From Macrostomum lignano (lineage: Eukaryota), in assembly GCA_002269645.1 (NCBI GenBank), contig NIVC01000069.1, forward strand, positions 62,001 through 126,000: a stretch of 64,000 nt of DNA, in the 5' to 3' direction. The notes beneath the pieces were generated by a model. That model searched no databases, was not told the origin of the DNA, and worked only from the letters and a program-made list of their open reading frames with translations. Positions within the stretch are counted from its first letter, which is position 1. The number at the start of each line of letters is the position of its first letter. This document shows, piece by piece, positions 24,501-34,274 of the stretch. Both the position numbers and the translations under genes were made by a program.

Positions 24501-26074
24501 CAGAGTGGCTGCTGGTCGGGTCGCACTGCTGGGTCGACCTTGGGCTGGTGTACAGCGCCGGCGCAGCATCCTATCGCACCGCTGAAGGTCGTTGGGTACC
24601 GCGCCTGCAAGTCCGCCGTCAAGTCGCTGACCTCCGCGATTCCGGGCGGCTGCCCGCTAAGGTCGACTCGGAAGCCCAGCTTCTCCATCAGGTCTCTACC
24701 GACGATGTTGTCGCCGCCTGGCGCAACGAAGAACCGGTGCTGCATCGCCTTGTCGCCGTAGCGCACCTCCAGCTCGGTGACACCACTTAGCTGGATCGGC
24801 AGTCCACCGTAGGCACGCAGCTTCGTCGTAGTGGGAGAGGTGACTGCACCTGAGATCCGATCGGCGGTCTGTCGGGACAGCAGCGACACCCTTGCGCCGC
24901 AGTCCACCATCAGGCTGACAGCGGTCCTGTCCGGTCCGAGTTCCAGCGTCGCCCGGACCTCCCTGTCGCCACCTGACACTGTGTAGACTGTGATCACCTC
25001 GTCCGCGGCATTGACAGCAGCCTGCTGGCTGCGACAGCAACTCCGGAAGTGGTTCTTCTTGCCACAGGCGTCGCATGTCTTGCCCTTGGCCGGACAGGGG
25101 GTCGTCGGTCCGTGGTCTCGCCCACAGCGTGTGCAGGCGCCGCCGGGTTTGGCCGTCCTGCCAGCTGGTGCTGGGCGGTGCCTCCCCTTTGCAGCGACCT
25201 TCTGGCCCCTCGGCTGTCGGATCGATTGGACGGCTGCCGTGCTCGAGGTTGATGGCGCCATCGCCTTGGCTTCTTTGGAGGCTTCCTCGATGGAGACCGC
25301 GATGCTGAGCGCTTTCGCCAGGTTGAGGTCCTCCACCTTCTCCGTCAGCAGCCTCTCTCGGATTCTGGGGTTACTGGTCTTCTCAGCCAGCTGGTCTCTG
25401 ATGAGATCGTCCTGTATCGCGCCGTAGTTGCACAGCTCCGTCAGCTCCCTCAGGGCTGCCACGAAGGTCTTGACGTCCTCGCCGGGTAGCTGCTGGCGCT
25501 GGCGGAAGCGATATCTGGCCACCATCACGTTGGGCTTCTCGCCGAAGATCTTCTCGAGCTCCGCCTTAGTTGCTGCGAACGTGTCGTTCTCCTTGATTGC
25601 TTGGCGTGCTCGAGCAACCCGCTGACCTTCGAATCCAAGCAGATGGAGCAGAAGGCTCCTCTTCAGCGGTTTCGCCTCTTCCTTCCCTTCGGGCTCTTTG
25701 AATTGGGCCGCCTCGTAATAAAATTCAAAGGCCTCAATCCATCGGCTCCATGGTACTGTCGGTGATCCGCAGTTCGCCAGGAAGGGCGTGGGTGCAGGGA
25801 TGCTAGCCGCCATCCTCGTCGCCAATGTTCTGTTGTTGAATTAACGAACGCAGAAACAAGATAGATAATTATCCGGGCGCTCAGTGGCACCAAAAGAAGG
25901 GCTTGGCCAATAGGAGGGCGGCTCGTATATTTATGCACGCGGGGAAGGAAAGTTCTAGAAAGACCGGGGAAGGAAACTTCTGGAACTATGCGTAAACAAG
26001 TCCGCGGTGGAAGTTTCTAGAAACGCTGTCCCCGAACTACCCCTACGCCTCGCATGCCTTTGCAATACACAACA
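21545..26074 (-). mobile_element. Full-length Ty3/Gypsy LTR retrotransposon, Mag-like clade (4530 bp)
   Basis: Two 249-bp LTRs (21545-21793, 25826-26074), identical by eye, TG...CA; 5-bp TSD CCCAC; PBS TGGCGACGAGGATGG (25824-25810) complementary to the tRNA-Ser(GCU) 3' end; PPT GAAGGAGGGGAAGAA next to the 3' LTR. Confidence 0.98.
21842..25813 (-). CDS. Uninterrupted Gag-Pol polyprotein (Gag with tandem Zn knuckles, PR, RT, RNase H, IN)
   Basis: ATG lies inside the PBS (MAASIP); CTRCGRDH...CDACGKKNHFRSCC; PR LMVDCGA; RT KIDLKSGY, PFGLASAP, ILDD; RH TDAS, EREAL, TDH; IN HEGH...CVAC, VD...TDNG...ERLN; no env or chromodomain seen. Confidence 0.97.
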   Translation of the reverse strand: MAASIPAPTPFLANCGSPTVPWSRWIEAFEFYYEAAQFKEPEGKEEAKPLKRSLLLHLLGFEGQRVARARQAIKENDTFAATKAELEKIFGEKPNVMVARYRFRQRQQLPGEDVKTFVAALRELTELCNYGAIQDDLIRDQLAEKTSNPRIRERLLTEKVEDLNLAKALSIAVSIEEASKEAKAMAPSTSSTAAVQSIRQPRGQKVAAKGRHRPAPAGRTAKPGGACTRCGRDHGPTTPCPAKGKTCDACGKKNHFRSCCRSQQAAVNAADEVITVYTVSGGDREVRATLELGPDRTAVSLMVDCGARVSLLSRQTADRISGAVTSPTTTKLRAYGGLPIQLSGVTELEVRYGDKAMQHRFFVAPGGDNIVGRDLMEKLGFRVDLSGQPPGIAEVSDLTADLQARYPTTFSGAIGCCAGAVHQPKVDPAVRPDQQPLCRLPLMRQEQVGAELDKIEKNGIIERVNASEWVSNLVVTAKKDGSIRICVDVREPNKALIVDKHPMPQLDEIASKIKKGRGRVFSKIDLKSGYMQMQLHESSRNLTAFITHKGLFRYRRVPFGLASAPAAFQRMLDDQAADLDGVEHILDDFIVYGRSEEEHDRRLEKLLQRLEDKGMTVNKQKCAFKQKEVEFFGFVISEAGIRPTESATAAIRDIRQPGDQKALKSFLGAANFLMRFVPHYADITEPLRRLLKADSNFDWTPECQRAFEAVKDAISKAPTLAHFDPKADTIVTTDASAKAIGAQLSQIQDGVERPVAFAARALTTTEQRYAANEREALASLWAMEKWHFYLYGRHFELRTDHQALQQLLLGPTGTGHRPLRIHRWCDRLLQYDFHVHYLPGNSNYVADLLSRWSSGSELNLIHLPDTPGPRVKAVTLEALTAGTAADETLRTAIRSVISGRWPADIDDVELRALWKVREQLSVWNNGECLAFQERAVIPESLRGQLLEQAHEGHQGIVRTKQALRDSVWWPAMDKAVETFVRHCVACETAEKNFKVSPAPLKTIRWPDSPWAEIAVDIVGELQAAPASSRYLIVVTDLHSKWPEVIPTASITTETICRAMRSLFARWGLCEKVLTDNGPQFGSEFSDFLAEQGIRHVKTSLYHPQTNGQTERLNRSLLASIRAAMVENRPFQDAVTNFLSAYRSSKHSLTGKSPAELMLGRKWRTAITMLSPGGGMTTTEATPQALRQQIEARQQRIKAYTDARRRARPETFHPGDWVRIRRPTKKGKLGTRLSRPLQVLRQAGHHAVELSDGTRWNQQRLIRTPHPAQPRERFDPLVDSAPTTGAGTAAPAAPAAEPPARTAAPRRSERARHPPIRFMNCRWD

Positions 26075-27484
26075 CCCACCTAAGCGCTTCGTCTCTGTGG
26101 ATTCCTTGGCTACCGGCAGATAGGTCCTCTGATTGGTTTGGTGAGAGGCTCTCTTGACCTGCTTAACTGGGTGCACCCTTTGTCTGACCCCTTCCTAGGT
26201 AGTCTGGTAGGATTTGCACTTTTGCTTACTTGCTTTTGTGTGCCAATCTCGAGGCAGAAGTGTTAGTTAATATTAAAAGTAGCCATTTGCTCTAACTTAA
26301 TCTAAAGTGTTAAGGATTGCGGATTAAGTGAGAAAGTTAAATTTGGAAGTTAAAGACTTAGCGTTTTCTTTCTTTTTCGCAATGCCAGCTGAGATGAGCA
26401 GCTAAATCTAGAGGCAGAGGTCACGGTGGACCGGAAGCGGCACAGTTCCCAGTCAATCAGTCAATCTCAGAAATCATTATGTTAAGCATGCAAATTAAGA
26501 GCCAGACTGGCGCTTTGGCGCGGTCACAGGCAGTTAAGTGGCTAAAGTAAGTTAAATATTAGTCTAAAGATCTCCGAAAGTGACAATGCATCTACATCAT
26601 CGCTATCTGTCGACGTGTTAACACATTTAGTGCCAAAAGCGTGCAGTTACATGTACTTATACATGTACTTCTGGGAATTTGGTAATGAAATAGTACATTT
26701 AGTAGTGTATAGAGGCTCGCCAGCGCAAGAACTCCCTGCAAAAGTCCTCTCTGTCCCTGCATGGCCAATGCGATCTTAGTCCCAGCAGCGTCCCTTCTAT
26801 TCGGCTATGACTTCGAGATGGACAGCTAAAAGACACTAGATGGCAGGTAAGTGCAGTGCCCCTCTAGTCGGAAGTCCGATTTCGATAGCTCCGGTTTGGT
26901 GAGCCCGGGGCGCACGGACTGGTGGCAGCGGGTTAGTTAATCTGCGGATTAGCTAATCTCTACCTTTCAAATTCTCCCTGCTTGTCTCTCGCTGTCTCCT
27001 CCTAGCTATAGGACCTTGCTGCTCGCCCACAATCTAGCTACCATGGGGCTGACCATCTGACAGGAGTGAGAGGCCAGAGTTCTAAGTGATTCATTTCTGA
27101 ATTCTGAGGCCCGAAGCTACAGGCTTAAAAGGCCGAACCCATCACATGCGGTAAATGTACGTTGGGTAGAAACACTGGGATATTGGCAAAACTAATCCCA
27201 ATTTTTCTGGGTGTCTATTCTAGGTAGGTCTAAACAATCTGATGGAGAGCTCAGGAGCAGGAGTTGCTGCACCATATTATTCTGCAAGTTACAGCGAATG
27301 AATGAGTACTAAATTCTAGACTTACATGCAGTTTATTTCTAGCACTCTTATCTGAATATCAACAACACAAAACACAATCACAAAATGGCATAGCTTTACT
27401 AGCCTACTGTAAGTAGTACTCTTTGTGTTTCAATTGGGAAGCAATACTTAATGAAACACGAAAACTTGCTTCTAACCCACAAAT

Positions 27485-27946
27485 AAGTATTGCTTTTGTC
27501 AGCCTAACTGAGAATAAAGCCATCCAAAGTGAGAATCCTGCCTACGCTGACTGCGAAGGGCCTGGCTGCGTGCAGCCTTAGTCTATGGGCCATAGACAAT
27601 AAAGGACAAGCAAAGTGATAAAAAGCCATCCAATGTGAGAATCGATTGGTCTATGCGTCGTATTCTTTTATTTTTATACCTTCTGAGCTTCTGAGCCATA
27701 TGACTAGCCAATCCTAGCTTATCCTTTATAGTCTATGGCTCATAGACTAGGCTGGACGCAGCTAGGCCCTTCGTATTCAGCGTAGGCAGGATTCTCATTG
27801 GATGGCTTTTTATCACTTTGCTTGTCCTTTATTGTCTATGGCCCATAGACTAAGGCTGCACGCAGCCAGGCCCTTCGCAGTCAGCGTAGGCAGGATTCTC
27901 ACTTTGGATGGCTTTATTCTCAGTTAGGCTGACAAAACCAATACTT
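27485..27946. mobile_element. Foldback element with ~150-bp near-perfect inverted arms and an internal partial third copy
   Basis: 27485 AAGTATTG...AAAAGCCATCCAATG pairs with CATTGGATGGCTTTT...CAATACTT 27946; no TSD identified. Confidence 0.85.
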
Positions 27947-28039
27947 GACCTAAGCTAAACAAAACGCGTAGGTAAACATGGCAATGTCAAAATCATGTCA
28001 CTGCTATTATGAATCGGTCGAGTTTTTACACTTTCATTT

Positions 28040-29120
28040 TTACGTAGAGAAGCTCGTTTCCACTTCGTTGGACTCCCCAGGTGCAGGTATTTTCATCCAG
28101 CTGCATACAGAATCTTTCTGCATCGTAGATTGCACCTGTTGAGCGTTTCGCCTAAGCTGTCGAGCTCTGGCCAGCTGCTGGTCCCGGTGAACCGTCGCGA
28201 TGAAGTGCATCGTCAGGCTTTGCATCTTTATAGCCAGGTCTGGCCGCGGGAAAGCAGCTGCGTGGCAAATGAAACGTGGCTGATGCTGCTGCTGCTGATC
28301 CTGAGTCTTGTCACTGATTTGCGTCGGCTGGTGTCTACTGAAGATGATTGTATAGCGATTTAGTGGACAAGAAAACGTTTTAAATGATCCACTAAAGACT
28401 GACCTTGGCATATTTCTACTTGAGTTTCTAAATCGACATAATTAGTTTTCAAAGTTTTAGAATGGCTTTTAACCTTGTAGCAACACATGCAGCTAGAGAA
28501 GCACTTTTTCGTATCTGCAAATCATTATCGAATGCTTTTGTTAGCTACCTTGCTGAAACTGCATGTGACTCGAACCGTTTCTGCTTCCCCTGCTTCGCTT
28601 GTCGGTACAGGTTTGACGACGCAGCCGCTGCAGGCTCTTGGGCCGATGTCGCATCAACTGAAGATGACGCTGACGCCCTCACAGCCTCCTTCACAGTTTC
28701 CTTCGCTTCCGTCTGTTCAACCCAAGCGAAAATTCTCGGATCAACATCCTCAACAATGCAGCAGCACGGAAGACGATGCAGCGGAGTGACGAATTTTCTC
28801 TCGTCACTGTCGGTTCCTTGCGTCCTCTTGCGCTGACACAGGTGCAACTTGATTCCCTCAGTTGTCACCACTATGTAGGCCTTACGCAACTGGGTCCCAG
28901 AGCTCGGAGCATTGCAGGCCTGCCAAAGATGTTTAGCAGGCAAATTCATTGAGAAGCCTGCTGTAGTTCTTCCCGCAGCTGTACTTGTAGTTGAGTTGGA
29001 ACAATCAGAAACTGATGATGAAGCGGTCTCATGATTGATTTCGCAGCTGCCAAGGTATTGCACTGTGAACACACTGGCAGAGCCACATAGTTCAGCTTTT
29101 CCAGTTTTGTTTGAAAGCAT
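28040..29120 (-). CDS. PTB/PID-domain adaptor-like protein, two visible exons (29120-28549, 28337-28040)
   Basis: FTVQYLGS, AYIVVTTEGIKL, PLHRLPCC...DPRIFAWV, FICHAAAF...LAIKMQSL fit the PID fold; phase-2 GT-AG junction is in frame; the ATG is directly preceded by an AG acceptor, so upstream exons or trans-splicing are possible. Confidence 0.7.
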
Positions 29121-30346
29121 CTGAATAAGCTTCCGAGACTCCGAGTTTTAGAATTGTTCGGAATGCTTTGTATATATAATATACATGCCGATCTCGCTGG
29201 CGTAGCCCCCGTATTAGCACGCAGCGTACACGCATGAAATCACGGGTATTAATAACTGCTAGTTGCTTGGCGTCTGATGTTCCGCTTCAGTGAATCCAGA
29301 GAGCAGATTCTCCTTTCTCCTAGCAGGAAATGTAACAGCTTGAAAACAGAAGCCGGGGTTTGTCACGATTATTTGGCGTAGCGGCTATGACCCTTAGAAG
29401 GGCCGTTTTACGAGAGTCGTCGTAAGTCGTAGTCCCAAAAATGAATCGAGTCAAGTCTTGAGAAGCGGATTGTGTAGCGGAGCACTTGGCGTACAAGGCA
29501 GGGAACTGCCGTAGTTGATTTATTGTTGAGATCAATATTCTAATTGGTTAATGTCAATACAGAACTTATTGCGCTTTGGGACACTGGCGGCTGCAACAAT
29601 GGTTTTGAATTGAAGGTGAGTTAGAAATTTCAGTCGAGTGGCAGGCGAGTGATGCAATGCGATGCAACGTGGTGAGTAACGGCGATGAGCACAGAAGAGG
29701 CAGATGCGTGGTGGTGAGATTGGCGTTAGCCGTGGCAGACAGTGGCAGGCAGTGTAAACAGGCTGGCCCAGACAGAGGAGCCGTGGCGAGAGATAAGGGG
29801 GGGCTCGAGGCAGCCCGAAACCAGACAGAAGGCAGAAGGGCCGAAGGGCCAGGCGGGGGGTGCTAATAAAGAGCGCAAAAGGGGGTAGCGCAAACACGGA
29901 GAGCCTTCATTGGCTGGCGAGAGAACTTGAAATTATCGATCGTGCCAAAATTCACAGACGAGCGCAAGGCCTACCAAATACACAGTGAATTAGCAATTGA
30001 TACAGATTATTTGCACGCTACTACAAGTAAACGTTAAAATAAACTATTGGAGAAATTAAAATGAGAAATAGCAAGGGAAACTATAGTCCAACGGCCCCTC
30101 TCGGGACCACTTAAACTAGCAACGTCACAGGGTTAGTTGCTACATGCACCTTGCTGCCTTCCTTGGCTTGGTACAGAGACTTTTTAAACTGCTTGATTTT
30201 AAAATTATTGAGAGTAGTTTTACGCAAATATAATGCTAAAAGTGCGACAATTGCTTAATTTATTTTTTCATATTTCTGGAAGCCGAATAAGCGAAAGTAC
30301 AGTATGCTCTCGAAATTCAGTTTATGCAGACTGCCTTGCATTCAAT

Positions 30347-30530
30347 GGAGCTGTAGCCTAGTGCCTGGTGGTTAGAGCATCGGACTCGCGGCTTGAAGGT
30401 CAGGGGTTCGATTCTCGATCCAGTCGGAACAATTTGTGCCCATCTGCATGAGCAAGACACTTATAAACTCTGCATTGATTCAGACCACCCAGCTGTAAAA
30501 TGGGTACAATTGAGGGTGTGTGTGTGAGGG
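30347..30530 (+). mobile_element. tRNA-derived CORE/Meta-type SINE, 3'-truncated copy
   Basis: A box TAGCCTAGTG, B box GGTTCGATTC, central GAGCAAGACACTT...CCCAGCTGTAAAATGGGT shared with three other copies. Confidence 0.8.
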
Positions 30531-31027
30531 AGAAGGTAAGAAAGTACATGTAAGGCCGGATACAACGATAAATTCTGCTCCTTGAAGAAAGCATTTCAAA
30601 TTATCTTTTTGTATTTATTTCTGCATGTAAGTAAGTCTGACACAATGATTTAGACTTGCCTGTAAATGTAAGACATAATTAGTGCATAATTACCCATATT
30701 TGAATTATTCACATCAATTGCTTTCCAACAGCTCAGAACGACGTGACTGCTAATATCCCGTTGACATACGTGTTAATTAATAAGCCCGAAAATGGATCTC
30801 ACACTAGCTGAGCCAGCAACAAGTGCAGAACAATCGAAGTAGCTATTTTGTCACTCTGGGCCGATCTGGGTATCCACCGATGGCCTAGTACGGAACAACT
30901 ATGAGATGCCTCAATATTTTTGGTGGGGAAAACCTGACCAATTATTAATTGCAGAAGGCTTTAGCTGTGCCCAAGCTGACATACGATCAAAGTTTTTACT
31001 TTTTTGCATAGCTGCATCAGGTAAAGG

Positions 31028-31283
31028 GTTGACAATGCTCACAGATCTCATGCATGAGGTATTGGATTGACAATGCTCACAGATCTCATGCATGAGGTAT
31101 TGGATTAACAATTCTCACAGATCTCATGCATGAGGTATTGGATTGACAATGCTCACAGATCTCATGCATGAGGTATTGGATTGACAATGCTCACAGATCT
31201 CATACATGAGGTATTGGATTGACAATTCTCACAGATCTCATGCATGAGGTATTGGATTGTCAATGCTCACAGATCTCATGCAT
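31028..31283. repeat. 38-bp minisatellite (GACAATGCTCACAGATCTCATGCATGAGGTATTGGATT)n
   Basis: Period of 38 checked; about 6-7 units, no spacers. Confidence 0.93.
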
Positions 31284-31293
31284 GTGCCTGCGG

Positions 31294-31850
31294 CTATCGA
31301 GGCTTCAGGCTCCACACTCTGACAAGGCAGCCAGTCTCATTTTTCTTTTCTCTGCTGCCGCATGCGCGCCTCGACATCCGAGTGAGCCATCCATACAACT
31401 GCCAGGTGTGCAGCGAATTATTCAGAAAACTCAGCGTGTAAATCATATCGAACTTGTTGACCGATTCGTCGAACGAGTTCGATATGATGGCAATGATGAA
31501 GTTCTGTACGTTGATGCCAACCACCAGAATGAAGAGTGTGTGCAGTACCACGCTGGTGAAGTCCTGCGCCGGACTGGCAATGTTCAGCAGCAAGCGCAGC
31601 GGTGAATAGAACACCGAGTACGGCTTCGCGAACTCCTTGCCGAGAACGTCTGTCATGTAGAACAGGCTGCCGAACACGATGTACGTCCACAGAATGAAGA
31701 GCGGCAGAACGCCGACAAATCTGGAAATGGCTCGTCGGAAGCTGATGCACAGAAAAGCCATGCTTCGGCATCCGCTCTCGTAATATAACTCGTAGAAGGT
31801 GCCGACGGCGTCGGGGTGATGACTGAATGCTTGACTGAGTATCTGAGGAT
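31294..31850 (-). pseudogene. TRP-like cation channel fragment (S4-S5 linker, S5, pore, S6); partial exon or pseudogene
   Basis: ...ISRFVGVLPLFILWTYIVFGSLFY...LHTLFILVVGINVQNFIIAIISNSFDESV resembles the TRP S6 pattern NLLIAMMSxTF; the frame is open upstream to ~31885; no N-terminal repeats or S1-S3 recognised. Confidence 0.55.
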
Positions 31851-33450
31851 GTCCAGCAGTTGATTTTTGCCCACTGTCGAGGCTTGATCAGCGAAACTAG
31901 AGAAATCCGCATCAGGGTGTCCATAGTCACCTGGTGCCACAGCTGTTGAGGGTCCAGAAGCTCCATCTGGGTGAAGGCTAGTGACCAACGAAGTCAGAAC
32001 TGATGCAGACACATGTGGTCGACGTGCTGATGAAATTTGGAGACTTGGCAAGGCTGCACTGAGGCGCAGTGCTGATTGGCGCACAGGGGTGTACTGAATA
32101 CACTAGCGCTTATGGGAAAAATCCGACCTTCTGGCAGAATCGTCGAATATCTCGACGGTCCGAAGGGCTGGCGACTTGATTCTTGTTTGAGAAGGTGCGC
32201 AACAAAAAGTTAGCTCGTGTTCTTGAATTTCGTGTGCCTGCGTTGCTCCGTTCCGGCGCAGCAAAAAAAATTGTCAGGGGGGGGAAATTTCCCCCCCCCC
32301 TTGGTAGTTCTACTGTTAATAAATACATAACAGCAAGGAGTAAATGATCAAAAAGGAAAACATTCATTAAAACTAAAGTACCAGCTATACGAAAATAGTT
32401 CATAATAAATGTCACAGCTTGTGCAGTTCATCAGTTTGTAGTCGAAATTTGACAATGTGAAAATCAATTTGTCACCCAAAGTGAAACATGCAGTTCTCAA
32501 AGCCGCAGTTCCCAAAGATGCTCGACACTTTAGCCTGATGATTTGGCACTGCAAAAGGAGTTGGCCTATTTTGAATGTTTTCTATAAAAGAGAAATAACA
32601 GGTGCTTAAGTATAGTTACCGAACTTACCATTTGAAAGATGCACGTCTTGGTTGGCTTGCGACTGATAAGCTTCGTCTGATGAGCTTCTTTGGTACCGCA
32701 GTATCCAAGCTGGGATTCTTTGGGACTGTCGGCTGCTCGACTAAATCTATTGGCCGCTTTGAGACATCGCTTATAGCCGTCGAAGCGTTGAAGACTGCAT
32801 GGTCGAGTTTTCTTCCTAGGTAGCGCCGCACGGTTCGTTCAGTCGTTGACAGGAAGATTTTTCCAATTAATAAGCGCGGCTGTTTGACGAGATGCACCAG
32901 CCATGGTTGTTTGACAAGACAAATAGCTTTTTCTCTTACTACTCGCTTTTCTGATTTCTTACAAGACGCAAGCGAAATCAGCACTCATCGCAGTGTGTCT
33001 ATGGTCAAACTAAGACACACAACTCAGTGGTCTATGGGTAAAATAACTCTTAAAACAGCCAATTGAAGCACGATAAAAAAGTGTGGAATAATGACAGCGA
33101 CAAAAGTGTGGATATAAGAGTGAAAGTATAAGTACAATGCACTTGTATAGTATTCAACTCAGTTGCATACTATACAATCTACCATTGTAAGGTTTCTGAA
33201 TGTAAAATAAAATATGGTTTACAGCATCCATCAGCGCGTTGAAACTACTGCCGAGGGCCCTTCGAAAATAGCTAGCTAAGTAACAGTCTTCAGGAACCCG
33301 CGACCCAGGGACAACCTTAGTAGAAGGACGCTGCACTCGAATTTCTTAGACGTGACTGGGTGCGGTAAGAAACGTATATTATTTCTTCTCGAAGTGAATC
33401 TTCAGAGAACGATTTTAACATTTCCACGTCAACAAAGTCCTTTAACTAAC

Positions 33451-33964
33451 CTTCTTTCTGCATGATGAAGCGAAACTCGTGCGTGAGTCCGGTCTCAACG
33501 GCGGCCAGAGTGTCCGACAGGGCCAGGGCTGGCTGGCCAAGCCGCGGTCGCTTCCACCCTGTGCTTGGATCCGCGTTGGCAATGTCGAATAACAGAAAGT
33601 TCAACTTGCAGTTGGTATCGCAGTTGAGCAGGGAGTTGAGTTCCGGTGCTGCCGAGCTGTCTGTGAGCTTGCTAATTGACAAAACGTCGTTTGGACAGAA
33701 GTACACATCCGGGAAGCGATAGGCCAGCGACGTGGTCAGGGTGGTAAGCAGCGGCAGGCTGAAGAACCTGTCGAACAGGGTGTACATGTGATAAGCAAAA
33801 CCGCTGTAGGTGCCAATTAGAAAGGCCAACCAAATGACGCGACCGTAGGCGCTGCTCTGCGAACGGAACCGACCAAGGCCGTGCGCCGTAGTGTACTGGC
33901 AGAACTGCTTCAAGGCATGGATCGGTGCAGTTGGCTGATGTGCTTGATGTGCCTTCCCTTTCAT
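33451..33964 (-). CDS. DEG/ENaC (ASIC-like) channel, first coding exon only
   Basis: FCQYTTAHG (pre-TM1 HG motif), TM1 VIWLAFLIG, FPDVYFCPN; donor G|GTTAGT at 33450. The following exon is interrupted by a stop, and no Cys-rich or TM2 (GGxxGL) region was found. Confidence 0.75.
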
Positions 33965-34274
33965 TTTTGAGGCCTGAAATTTGGCATGGTAGGGTCGATG
34001 GATGTCTGTGTTTTTATATAGTAAAACAAATTCATAATTCAGGCTCTCAGAAATCGCAAACCAAAAGCGCGGATTGGTTGCGGATTAATCTTTGACTCTA
34101 TCTCTCTCTCCCTTTCTCATAAACGTATTCGAGTATCTTCCCGTCGGTTTTCCTCATCGATAATTTAAGCTCAAATTTCCAGCTGGCTAGCCAACGCATC
34201 GATGTTTCTACTACTACTACAGTGTTAAGAGAAAGAATCGGCGAATGGACGGCTATAGCATTATGGATTATACT

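Larger units (their letters stand above)
20588..27144 (+). mobile_element. ~2.0-kb solo LTR (copy 1), interrupted by a Gypsy insertion
   Basis: Termini TGATG...CATCA; 4-bp TSD CATG (20584-87 and 27145-48); start TGATGAGGACGCAC is shared with copy 2; net length 2022 bp after removing the Gypsy element and one 5-bp TSD; CCAAT x3 and TATAAAA (21301). Confidence 0.85.

Noticed and set aside
21726-25938. Numerous alternative-frame and antisense ORFs over the Gypsy element; likewise the plus-strand ORFs over both lectin genes
   Set aside because: Shadow ORFs of GC-rich coding sequence with no recognisable motifs.
32277-32300. G8-AAATTT-C10 mini-palindrome
   Set aside because: Homopolymer-based, single occurrence, no supporting context.
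32655-32700. CTGATGAG hammerhead-like core (also CTGATGA near 45313 and 56597-56625)
   Set aside because: No stem II followed by GAAA and no closing helices could be drawn.
32625-32984. 119-aa minus-strand ORF between the ENaC and TRP fragments
   Set aside because: No channel motifs or other homology recognisable.
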